From Camelus ferus (lineage: Eukaryota), in NCBI RefSeq assembly GCF_009834535.1, contig NC_045696.1:19718001-19782000 (forward strand): a stretch of 64,000 nt of DNA. Reading direction: 5' to 3'. Below are positions 52,969-64,000 of this stretch, one piece after another. Under the pieces are notes generated by a model. That model was not told where the DNA came from and ran no database searches. It saw only the letters and a list, made by a program, of their open reading frames with translations. Position 1 is the stretch's first letter; each line of letters begins with the position of its first letter. Both the position numbers and the translations under genes were made by a program.

Positions 52969-53440
52969 AGAAAAAAATAAATAGATGTTAGGAAACATCT
53001 TCATGCAACATGTAAGGCAAATAGCTTCCTTGCTCTTATTTGCCCATCTTATTTATTTTGCATTTGAGACACAGATATACACAATACACCAACTAATATA
53101 TACGTGTGTGTGCATGTCAAATTATAACTACTAGTTAAAAAGACTTACTTAAGTCTCTAGGTAATAGGGGAAGATGATTGATAACATTTACTGAAAAGGT
53201 AGCATCTTATTAAAAAAAAAGTTCCAAAACTCTGCTGAGATTTATAGTATCTGTATTTTTCACATAAAGAAATTGAGTCTCAGAGAAATTAATTAACTTC
53301 CCCAAAGTCCCAGAAATAACACTGAAAACAAATTCTAATTTAGATTTGCTGGATGGCAAAGACATTTCTCTTTGTTGTCTTAGGGCCCTGTGGCAAGCAC
53401 GTGTCAACATGCTGAAAATTCCACACGCGTGTTTACTTAC

Positions 53441-53691
53441 CCCAGTTGTTATTCTTCTTGTCGGGGAAATGGTTCTAAACTTTAACTTTTCAGTCTTAAA
53501 CCTAGCTTGTTTCTCATCAAGATCCATGGGATAATGAAGGAGTCATGAACACACAAAAATAAAATGACCCGCTTTAGGCAATGGTCACCAAATTACAGAA
53601 ACTTAATTTCCCCAGGAAAGCAAAATGCATGAGCATCTTCCATAGCAGAGAGGCAGTGTAAAGCAATGTCCCCCGGCACCGTTCTTAGCAT
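53441..53691 (-). pseudogene. PHYHIP-like exon (251 nt) MLRTVPGDIALHCLSAMEDAHAFCFPGEIKFL*FGDHCLKRVILFLCVHDS...
   Basis: gttctcttacag|ATG...TGGG|gtaagt; KFL*FGD...RVILFLCVHDS ~ [12 protein letters not shown]...[11 protein letters not shown]; stops and probable frameshift. Confidence 0.6.
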
Positions 53692-54931
53692 CTGTAAGAG
53701 AACATGGCCAACAAACTGAGAGTGACAGGCACTTATGGAAGAATGAAAGTATCATGCAATTTTTTTTCTCTTGATAGCAATTCTGAAGCTCATGTAGCTC
53801 AAGCTCTTAATTTTATGGAGAGAAACTGACTATTTCATGTATTATTAATTTGTATATTTTATATTTTGAAATACATACTTCTCTGGGTTGTGTATGTATT
53901 TTTCCTAATTAATTGCTAGTTTTACTGCCTCGTTAATTATTCTGTTTCTGTTTACTGGATTTGTATTTTTTTCGGTGCTTGTTTGATGACCATTCCCTTC
54001 AAATAATCAGCCTTTTGTTAAGTTTCCCGAGTGTATTTGTAGTTCCACACAGATCAAGCGAAGAAAGTGCCCAAATCTGGGTTTTGTTCATTTTTTTTTT
54101 ATTCTTGTAAGAGATGGCTAACCATAAGGACTGTGTAAGTATTTCTTAGACTAAACTTAAAAATAAGGTGAGATGGCAGGATGTGCTTCCTTGGAAAATT
54201 TTACCCCCAATAATAGCCGTTTTGTAAAACTTGGTCTTTCTACAGCTGCTGAATTTCTGAGTTTCCTAGGAGACTGTAAGCTAGCGTCACTTTCTTAAAA
54301 ACGATGAAAGCTCTCTTCAGTCTGGGTTTATGCCTTGTTGGTTCACAAGAAAGAATCCTTTGATAAAAAGACTAGACAAGAATGCATGCATTAGATGATG
54401 AGACTTAAAATTATTTATGACAAATTATATAGAGTGGTGAAAACACTAAAGTATGGTAAGATATTCAGGTACACTATGCAATTATATATGAGAATTTTTT
54501 TTGCCTTAATCAACACCTTTTAGGAAAATAACCACATAGAGAGAACGGTGCATACCCTTCCCTTGCTCTCTCTTTCTCTCTTCCTTTCTTTCTTTCCTTC
54601 TTTTTCTCATTTTAAATAAATTCCCAAAGCAAAGACAGGTTGCTTTACAGAAAGGTCTTTTCAAACTGCTTCATAAGATATTTGAATGATAGTTTCTACT
54701 GGAATTCTTATATCTCAGCATCAGTAAGTTAAAAATTATCACATATGAACATCTCATTTCAGGTATTTTCGTTTATTTTTTTTCCTCCAAAAACTTATCG
54801 CAGTGCTTTACACACACTTGGCGCTTGACAAATGTTCCTGAATTTCATCCATGTTTTATTGCAATTGTTTAGATTTATATCCGTAAGTTATTAGTTAAGT
54901 GCCAAAGAATCTTATTAACTGCCCCATTCAC

Positions 54932-55003
54932 TTTCCTTGAACACGCTGCTCTGTTTAAAGCTTCCTGCCCTACGCTGGATGCATACTGCACACCAACCTC
55001 CAC
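54932..55003 (-). pseudogene. PHYHIP-like exon (72 nt) VEVGVQYASSVGQEALNRAACSRK
   Basis: gttcttctcag|GTG...AAA|gtgaat; phase 0 to 0; open; GVQYAS ~ PHYHIP GVFFSC. Confidence 0.5.
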
Positions 55004-55191
55004 CTGAGAAGAACTGTATTTTGAGGAATTGAAAAAAAATGAAATCAGATGAATAGTCAAGTTCTTACGACCTTAAATTGATTACAGGTACATAGTGTTT
55101 CTAATGAAAAGATTTCTATTCTATTATACACTTTTATCACTTTAAAAGTAAAAAGAATTGAATACAATGATTCAAAATCTAATGAAATGTC

Positions 55192-55540
55192 TTGACAGTC
55201 AAGATAGCTTAGGCAAGTTGTAGTTACCTACAATCCCAAAGTGTCGGATTTTAACACCACGGTTCGTTTTTTGCTCTGGCTTGAATTCCAGTGAAGGTCA
55301 GCAGGGGGCACTCTCATCATGGTCCACAGAGACTCTGGATGAGGGAATCTTTGCCTTGACCAGTGCTTCCTAATCAGAGTAGTTCAAGGGGGGAAAAAAA
55401 AAAGTGCCACTGCCACTCCTCCCACTTCACTGGCCAAAACTTGTCACATGCCAGGCCTAACTTCAGAGGCAGGTAAATAGAACTCTATCACATACCCAAA
55501 AAGGGTGAGTGCTGGAAATGTTTGGTTAATACCACGGATA
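55192..55540 (-). mobile_element. Old MLT1 (J/K-like) LTR
   Basis: agtcaagatagcttagg...cacttcactggccaaaacttgtcacatgccaggcctaacttca. Confidence 0.65.
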
Positions 55541-55909
55541 ACTCCCAAAGCTAGGGTATCAGGTAGCAGCCTTGTGTCAACTCTGAAATAAACATGTGAT
55601 CACAAAACTACAGACCTTAAACTAATTTTCTTTCTTTTGCTCATTCCATTATTTATGCAAGAACCTAAATCCATTCCTCATGTCCTTCCACTTTTATTCT
55701 TCTGATTACTTCAAAAGCTGGAAAACACCACTCTGACTTTTCTGAAAAGGATTACATTGAAATATGTTATGTGTCATTATTACCTAGTAAGCCATAGATA
55801 ACTTTTACCTGTCCAAAAATAGTGCCATGTTTCCCTCTAAGGCAGAATTGAAGGCTGGAAACAAGAAATTTAGAATTGTGAGTATCTGTAACAAGAATGA
55901 TTGTAAAAA

Positions 55910-56130
55910 ACACAATTATTTAGTGCTTACTTTGGGCTTCACATTATCCTATTTAATCCTCATAAAACTATAAATGATATACCACTGTCATCATTTTTCA
56001 GATTAATGAAACGAAGGCACAGAGAGCTTTAGTAACTTGCCCAGAGTCAAACAGCTGGCCCTCAGTGAAGACGACATTCATACACTGGCAGTCTGACTCC
56101 AGAGATAGGAAACCAAGTCGTTACACTGAG
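55910..56130 (-). mobile_element. MIR SINE
   Basis: atttaatcctcat...tttttcagattaatgaaacgaaggcacagagag...agtaacttgcccagagtc. Confidence 0.8.
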
Positions 56131-57049
56131 TCTGTCTAGACTCTTTTGAGACTACACATGTGTCAACAGAAGCGGGGTAGTGTGTGTATATAGCTTGTGC
56201 TTCCAAAAATAAAAAGTTGTATCTAAGTAATCATAATCACAGAATGAAAAACACAAGAAAAATAAAACAGAGTCTCTGTTTTATAATTAGCTATGATTAT
56301 GTGTTTGTTATATTTTTCACACCTATTTTCCCATGTTCAATCAACATATACTTACTGCCTATTATCTGTACAGCTTATGGCTATGTCTTCCTCTGAATAT
56401 TAGATTTTAAAGAAAACTAACTGATGTTATTTATTTGCATAAATTCTAAGATGAAAATGAGATGCGTGGGAAAGTATTTTTTTTAAAAGTAAATACTATA
56501 CACTCATATTAGATACCTATTATTATTCTCTTTGTCATTTCTCTGAAAAATGATAGTATGATATGTTACACACACAGTGTGTTCTCATGCACCACCACGT
56601 TATGTAGATTTCAGCAAGCAACACTGTGAGGAACATTTAGGGTATAGTCAGTAAGTCAGTGTCACAGATGAAAACCACTAGAACATAAGGGACTAGCAAA
56701 TTGGATCCTAGGGAAGTGTGTCTGATAAATTAGGACAGAAATGAAGTGGCAAAGAGATTCCTGAAGGAAATAAGCTCCTGAGAAAATAGATATGTCTCTA
56801 CGTGTCTGGCTCTCACATCAGTGAGGAGGAAGACAAGGGGAGAAGCCACAGGCCAGAAAAACTAAACAAGATCGAGGAGAAGAGGGTAGTCTAAGCAGAA
56901 TGAAAGGTCAAATATATCAAAAGCCCATATTTGGGGGAAACTGGACTAAAATTTCAGAAGTGGAAAAATATTTTCTATTACTAGATTTATTTTCTCTTGT
57001 AATATTCCATTCTACGTGATAACAGCAAACTTAATATAGGTAAACAGTT

Positions 57050-57320
57050 GAACCCAGTCACGTCCAGGTTCCTGTGCTCATATCAGAAGTGTTCCCTCCT
57101 CCCTGTGTCTACATGCCATCACGGTTTGGGGGGTGAACACCTTCTTCTGGATTTGTCATTCAGTGAGGGCATCCATGGAGATATGCCTTGTGGAGACATG
57201 CTTTTGGAGTCACAAACATCTGTCCCTGCTGTCTCTAAGGACACCTGAACAGCTCCATTGTGGTTTCTGTTCTTCAGTAAATGCATTCCACAAACTCCTG
57301 ACCTCTCTTTGTTTATCTCA
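57050..57320 (-). mobile_element. Old ERVL LTR (LTR16/LTR33-like) fragment
   Basis: gaacccagtcacgtccagg...ccctcctccctg... is LTR33/16-like; diverged. Confidence 0.4.
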
Positions 57321-57771
57321 GTAACTCAATGTCTAGATTTCTCTGGGGCTTCTCTTTTTATTGATCAAATATAGAACACAGGAACTTTTCCTTTCTCAAA
57401 AGCATGGACATTATAACTCAAAACCCTTTTAAAATATAGTCTCTGCCATGAATTAAAAACTCTTATTTTACATTTGAAAGCTGATAGCTTAATACTGTGT
57501 TCTTTGTGCCTGGCTGTGCAGGTCCTCTCCTGAGGCAGAAACCGTTGATCAGTTTTGATGTGAGAAAGGCTCAAAGGGTAAAACGAAGGAACGAAGGGAA
57601 GACAGAAAGAGGAAAAGAGGAATAAATTAAAAATATAATAATAAACAGAGAAAACATTGCCTAATTCCTTATTCTGTGCTGGTGATCAGAAGACACAGAA
57701 TGCTAGGAATCATAGCAAGTGACAGCCACAACCAAAGAATCAAGTTGGAATAGAGGCTAGAGAGATTTTCT

Positions 57772-57836
57772 GGAAGAAAGAAAGAAAGGAAAGAAAGGAA
57801 GAAAGGAAGAAAGAAAGGAAGAAAGAAAGGAAGAAA

Positions 57837-57924
<88 letters not shown>

Positions 57925-58020
57925 AAACAAAGAAAAGGAAAGAAAGAGAGAGAGAAGGAAAGAGAGAGAGAAGGAAAGAGAGAAAGACAGACGGAGGGTG
58001 GGAGGGAGGGAAGGAGGGAA
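57772..58020. repeat. (GAAA)n/(GGAA)n compound microsatellite
   Basis: Directly visible; explains the Phe/Leu/Ser-rich minus-strand ORFs. Confidence 0.95.
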
Positions 58021-58372
58021 AAATGTGGCAAGGTAAGCAAAAATGTCCTGACTAAGGTAGTCAGTTGTGTACAAGTAACGACGCTACAGCAGGGTAGTGA
58101 GGTGTGTTTGGATAGCTATTACAAATCTTAGTTCACGGCCAGAAGGGAAAAGGAGCAGCACTGCTAATGTTGCTTCTGGCACTTGAAAATGATCTAAAGC
58201 TATCAGCCTTCATGTTTTTCTTAGAGCCCATCTCATTACCGTTACTTTATACCTTTAATGTAGCTTGGCTGAGCCCTAAACCGATGATCAATATATACTT
58301 TACTACCATTCAAGGCATCATCCAGGAGCTACCTTCTAAGCTCCAGGCTTCTGATTAGTGATCTCAGGTTTG

Positions 58373-58569
58373 TTTGTTTTTCAATTGAAGTAGAGTCAGT
58401 TTACAATGCTGTGTCCATTTCTGGTGCACAGCATGATGTTTCAGTCATACATATACGTACATGTATTTCTTTTCACATTCTTTTTCATATAAGTTATTAT
58501 AAGATACTGGTCACAGTTCCCTGTGCTATAAACTTGTTCTCTATTTTATATAAAGTAGTATCTGCAAAC
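58373..58569 (-). mobile_element. 5'-truncated young L1 3' UTR insertion
   Basis: aattgaagtagagtcagtttacaatgctgtgtccatttctggtgcacagcat...; perfect 13-bp TSD gatctcaggtttg at 58360-58372 and 58570-58582. Confidence 0.85.
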
Positions 58570-59074
58570 GATCTCAGGTTTGACTTTCAGGATCACTCAC
58601 TTTGTTTCCTTTTTCCTCCCAACTACAGTTCTTGGGATAATGTCTAACACATTGTCTGAAAGACAGCGGCTTATCAATACATATCTACTGACACACAAGT
58701 GAACAAATGAATCCACGGGTGGTCCCACCACCTGGGCTTGGGTTCCCCGTGAGAGCCTTAGAGTTTCTTAAGTACTTTCACCAAACCTCATCCCCTGGCT
58801 CTTCCTGTGGCTCACTGCTTCAGGAAGGAAATTATCCCTTCATCAGCCTGTCATAATTGCTCAAAATTAATACTCTACATGAGTTCACTTTAGGTCTCTG
58901 AGCAACACTGAATTAAAAAAAATTTTTAAAAAGTTTCAACATTGATGTGAATGTCAAAGGTGCTTCTTTGTGTCCCTCTTTACATCCCAGGCAAATATAT
59001 AGTTAATGAACATTCATGGAAAGTCATGTACTACATTCCTTTACATTTTAGTGCATATCACAGAAAATGCCTCG

Positions 59075-59250
59075 GCTTTGGAATCAAGTGTAATTAATTC
59101 CCAGTCCAATCCACTGAGTCTCAGTTTACTTGTCATAAAATAGGGATAATAATAACTCCCTAATAGAGCTAACGTGAGCAATAAATGCGATAACACATTT
59201 AAAGTGTTTAGTATAATACCTAACACATGGTAACACAGTAAATAAATGGA
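59075..59250 (+). mobile_element. MIR SINE
   Basis: ctgagtctcagtttacttgtcataaaatagggataataata...tacctaacacatggtaa. Confidence 0.75.
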
Positions 59251-62193
59251 TTGTGCCCCGTCTTTTCTGGAATCCATTTGACTATTTCTAATGTAATATT
59301 ATATGTGAGTAAGAATTATAAGACGAGTTTTATAAAGATACACCAAGAAATGCATCACATTACAAAATAGGTCTATTATGAAGAAAAGGCTAATAAGCCC
59401 TAATTGCTTGAAAATACAGTGATATTATTGAAATTATGACATTATATATCTTCAAATTTGCATTTACATAATGACAATATCAATGCAGAGCTTTACAAAT
59501 ATTAGGTTTCCAAAAATTGACTTCAATACTACAAAAGCCAAGAAACTACAAAAACCAAAACATCAAAATGAAAATATTTGGCAAAAATTTTATTCATATG
59601 AAACTAACAAATTAAAGAGTTTATAACTATATGATGCGAAGGGTACTTTCAGTTTTATAAATTTAAAACTCCACAGGCTGATATCATAGAAATCGTCATT
59701 TTTGCTATATTCAGAATCACTTAGATTTGCTTATCTGAAATATATCATACTAACTGAATTCAATCTTTTCACTGTGTTTTGCCGTAGCAAGAAGGAAATC
59801 TCAAGTAGTTCACTTATTATTTAGTTGGTCTTTGTCATTTGAACAAATCAGATTTTAAAATGTTATAGTTCTAATAAATATAAAGATAATGAGTATAAAT
59901 TTATGTTAATCACACTGTAATCATTACTATCTGAATATCTGTGTGCTGTATGCTTATTTGAGGCCAATATCATAGACAAAATGATTTATGACGGCCTTAG
60001 AAAAAAATAACACAGTTGTGATTCCAATCAAGAGAACTGTATTCCATTTTTATTTATTAAAAATATCTATTGAGTAATGTTTAATAATGTGCATTCAACT
60101 GATAAGGTACTTATTGCCTCCTATAAATACATGCAAAATAATAAAAACTGCAGGTTTCATACCTGTCAGGGAAACAAAGGAACATTTATATATATCATTT
60201 TTTATCAAGAATTTCTCTTTAGCCTGTATTTAAAGTATAACATTTAATTAGATAGTATCTTGTTAATTATATCTTTATAAAATAATTCTGATTCTATAAT
60301 TAAACTTAGTGTCAGAAATATTTTGTATGATTTTTTAATTTTTAAGACCACATTTTTTTATTTCATCATTTGCACCTGCACTAAGATAGCAGTTTTAAAC
60401 AAAGTATTCCACGTACTGTTTAAATTACCAAGGAAAGGGGATAATTTTTCCTGTGCTCTTAACAGTTCCCATGCTGCAAAGCCCAAATAACAATAATCTA
60501 TAATAATATTAAAGATTGATCACAAATGTCATGGTGCCATCTGTCTAGCAGATGATAAATATCTTAAATTATTTTCTTTCCTTTAGAATTAGAAATGTTT
60601 TAAAATCTGCTTTAGTTTTAATTCACTTCCTATTACTTGATGACCCCAATGCATAGGTCAGTGATAAACTATCTTCTTCCTGGGATTGATTATGATAACC
60701 TTTCCATTTGGATAATTGTTACTATAGAAACTCTCTTTTGTAGCCATGATTAAAAACAAAAAGAAAATTGAAAAATTGTAAAATGACCTTATAAAACTTG
60801 AAATACGCTATATTTTATACTAACCATTTCTCATATACTCATTGATTTTAAGAATAGAGTTTAAGGATATAGTTAATAGTAAATTCTTTTAGGGACCCCA
60901 GTTAGAATAACTAGTAAGTTCAACCAGAATGAATAGTCTATTCTATTATTTAATGAGTATTATTAGTTCATTAAATGGATATTTAAATGACAGAATGTCC
61001 TAGAAAATGAACAACAGAAGATGAATCAAGAGTGACAAAGGTTAACATCTGCTGTAGAATTATGCTCATGGAAATGTATTTAGGATCATGGCACATGCAC
61101 ATCTGGTAGAGCATAATTTGATTAATTATAGCCAACGTGAATCCAGGCAGGAGAGGTCAGCTTAGCAAACCTACTACAATACTTGGAAGTTATTACCACC
61201 ACAATACATTCAAATTTAATTCATAAAATATAGTAGATTCTAAGAAGCTCTAACGAAGTTTATCACTTGATATTAATAGATTAAAAAAAATAGCCATAGA
61301 AGTAGAATGAGTCAAGACAGAAAGATATCTTTACAAGAGAAAGCAGTAACACCAGGATGTAAATATTTCAAACTGAAAAGAAATTCATAACTGAGATTAA
61401 AAAGTTTACCAAAGCCTCATGTTCTCATTGACCATAAAAGATGAATGTAGTTAACTATGAATAACATATTGTTATGAATGTATTACAAACCTAGACATTA
61501 GAAAAATAAAAAGACATAGAAACACCAGTGTTCTATAATCGGAAGCCTGTATTTTGAGGACTAGCTATTTTGGATTATGATTATTCTAGTTGTAGGAGTA
61601 CTGCTCATTAAATAAAGCACAAAGGTGAAAACTGATACAGCCCATCACTTGTGATGAAGAAATGCAAGATTATATTACAGATATCTAAATGAATTGTTTT
61701 CTCAAGATATCTGAACAACAGAGAAGTACTAACACAAGGCAGAAATGAATGCAATTTATCCTTCCTTTGCCAGAGAAGTCTAGTCAATCCAACTACATTT
61801 ATAAATCATTTACACACTAAAAATATTTTTCACAAATATATCTAAAAGTTAAATCCATCAGCCAATAAAACCTTATAAACTATAAATAAACCTCTATGGC
61901 TAATAGAACATCTGTAGTTATTTGGCACTGTAATAGGAAACACAGAGCCCCATACTTGCATTAAACCTTAGTTGTTATATTTAAAATTCCATTCAATATT
62001 TATATATTATAATTTACTTTTATATTAAATCTAAATTTTACATTATTTTTGATAATAAGTTACAAAATAATTTAATCATTTCTTAATTAACTAAGAAAAG
62101 GGCTCGCATTATTTGGTCGTACTATAAGAAAAAGCCACCCTAGCTAAAGAAGGTCATAATAATTAAAACACACATGCGCACGCACACACATAC

Positions 62194-62401
62194 ATCCTGA
62201 ACACAGTTAGCCATTTACAGAAGTAAACTAAAAAGATACAGTATGTGAATATGTTCATGATGAAATATAAACATGTTGGTGATGAAACTGGGCTGTGTTT
62301 CAACTCTCTGTCAACAGTCCTGTGTGTATTCTTAGGAAAACAGGCCTTGATTTGGCTGATGCAAAGAAAATGTAATCTGACCCAACTGTACAGCAATATG
62401 T
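62194..62401 (-). pseudogene. PHYHIP-like exon (208 nt) HIAVQLGQITFSL...FS*EYTQDC*QRVE...MFIFHHEH
   Basis: tttagtctttccag|A...GGAT|gtatgt; ITF...F..EY....QRVE...FIFHH ~ PHYHIP VEF...YAKEH...EKAE...FSVFYRNHH; three stops in this frame. Confidence 0.55.
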
Positions 62402-62519
62402 CTGGAAAGACTAAATGATACTGATTGTAAGCAAACAAAAATACAAAAAGAATTCACATGACAGAATATGTTTAATGTATTTCCTATACGATCAACATTC
62501 AACAATGATAAACACACAG

Positions 62520-62717
62520 TGCTTAACTAAATGTCAGGCAAATATCTAAGGGCTTAACACTAACTGATTTAAATTTAGCTTTATCACTATTTCTAGAAAG
62601 CATTATTTTCTTCATTTGACAGATATGGAAACTGAGGAACAAAGGTTTTAAGTGCCTGGTCCAGTGTCACCCAACAAGTGAAGCTGGGATTTGAGCCTAG
62701 GCATTTTGGCTCCAGAA
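62520..62717 (-). mobile_element. MIR SINE
   Basis: ttgacagatatggaaactgaggaacaaagg...aagctgggatttgagcctaggcattttggctcc. Confidence 0.8.
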
Positions 62718-63036
62718 CAGTGCTGCCTAATAACATGATGGGAGTTACATGAGGCAATTTTAAGTTTTCTGTAGCCACATTAAAAAAAGTAGAAAGAAAG
62801 AGGTGAATTTTCTTTTAATATTGTGTTTTATTTAAACCAATATGTCGAAATAATATCATTTCAACACATGAGCAATACCCAAATTACTAATGAGATTTTT
62901 ACATTATACTTTTTCATAGTAGTCTTCAAAAGTCAGCATGTGTTTTACACTTACAACACATCCCAATTTGGACTAACCACACTTCAAGTGCCCGATAGCC
63001 ATACGTGGCTAGTGGCTACCATATTGGGACGCACTG
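62718..63036. mobile_element. MER33-like hAT-Charlie non-autonomous DNA transposon
   Basis: Ends cagtgctg.../...cgcactg; internal gtagccacattaaaaaaagta and atagccatacgtggctagtggctaccatattgg; degenerate 8-bp flanks ctccagaa/ctcttgga. Confidence 0.8.
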
Positions 63037-63292
63037 CTCTTGGATATGTGTTTTAGGAATTAGGCACGGGAGCGTCTTAAGAGCCCTGGTCAATGGAAAC
63101 ATGTACCTACTTTATCTTTGAAGGTAGAGCCCTCTGATTCTAGCTCTTGGTCCCAGCCCACCACGTGATCAACAAAAAGTAATGTGGAGATTCCTATCTG
63201 AGAAAGAGTGTATTATAAACCCGCTGTGACAATTTTCATCCAATTCATGGTCATATCTGTGATTATCAATTCAAACTTTTTATTTGACTTAC

Positions 63293-63426
63293 TAATTGCT
63301 TTTTTGCTCCTTTGGTTAGAATGAATCCATCCCAGAGGTCTGGTAAACACTGAGTGTTCTGCTATCACAGGGTTTCTGGACCTATCAAGCTTCAGACTCT
63401 TCCTCACAGACACTGGCCTTGGCTGG
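63293..63426 (-). pseudogene. PHYHIP-like candidate exon (134 nt), FN3-like ...QKPCDSRTLSVYQT...
   Basis: cactgtttcaag|CC...ATTA|gtaagt; weak similarity to PHYHIP FN3 LSPRTEYSVAVQT; stops present. Confidence 0.4.
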
Positions 63427-64000
63427 CTTGAAACAGTGAAACAGGCTTTTTTTCTGTTCACTCAACTGCTATCTATTATGTGTTCAAGTTAGTGCAAAGT
63501 AAGGAAGACCACATACGGAAATCTGCATGTAATTTAAAATACAGATGGACTATACTTAAAATAGTAACCATATGAGAGGTTGCAAGTGGCATTTCACTGT
63601 TAAAAAATGGGTAATTTTACATATGTGTCCACACAAATAATAAAATCATCAATATTCACACCAAATAATAAAAATGCAGGTAGTCTCCACTTTTCAGAGT
63701 TCCAAAGTGCCTGAATTTTGATTGCCACAGCTCAGTTAAATCACATCACCCACTACAACGTGCATGATTCAGAGTGTATTGTTACTGTGATATACTGACT
63801 GTTGCATAAAGTACCTATGTGGGTGCTAGTTTGCAGGTACATAAATTACTATGTAGATAATGGTTGTGTATCATGACCATTGATTGGCCAGCAATGTCAT
63901 TTATTCCACAGTCTGTTAATGATTGATCACGGTGAATCTGTTCAGTTTATGCAGCAAAAGCAAAGCCAATGACTATACTGCTTCTTTGTCTCCCAGGATA

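Larger units (their letters stand above)
21622..63426 (-). pseudogene. Decayed multi-exon gene, PHYHIP/PHYHIPL-like (FN3-like segment plus two PHYHIP C-terminal-like units); probable unitary pseudogene, 5' end possibly beyond window
   Basis: 13 AG/GT-bounded candidate exons listed separately; splice phases chain for the last five exons; colinear similarity to recalled human PHYHIP; stops and frameshifts in most upstream exons; AATAAA at 21627-21622. Confidence 0.65.

Noticed and set aside
57669..58074. Two ORFs over 100 aa rich in F/L/S
   Set aside because: Translations of the (GAAA)n microsatellite.
60630..60750. Possible missing exon between 62194 and 55003
   Set aside because: Polypyrimidine tract lacks an AG and there is no clear similarity; cannot be supported.
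1..64000. Prokaryotic-type systems (CRISPR arrays, operons, rRNA)
   Set aside because: Sequence is mammalian; no regularly spaced repeat-spacer array or rRNA similarity seen.

Overview
AT-rich, repeat-rich mammalian genomic DNA, probably camelid/cetartiodactyl (inferred from the tRNA-derived SINE at 18166-18283 and the young L1 tails). No intact protein-coding gene is evident, and nearly all ORF-track entries fall in L1/L2/LTR/MIR or simple repeats. Manual reading found three non-obvious coding fossils. (1) An endogenous bornavirus-like nucleoprotein element (EBLN, ~5196-6230, +) that splits an L2 and is abutted by a MER68-type LTR. (2) A decayed, intron-containing gene on the minus strand (at least 13 candidate exons, ~21620-63426, possibly continuing beyond the window) resembling PHYHIP/PHYHIPL with two PHYHIP-C-like units; its last five exons still splice in frame to a stop and an AATAAA. 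(3) A Gypsy/Ty3 integrase remnant (~44340-44640, -). Reference protein motifs quoted (BoDV-1 N, human PHYHIP, Gypsy integrase, ZNF862) are recalled from memory and aligned by eye. Repeat subfamily names and most repeat boundaries are approximate.
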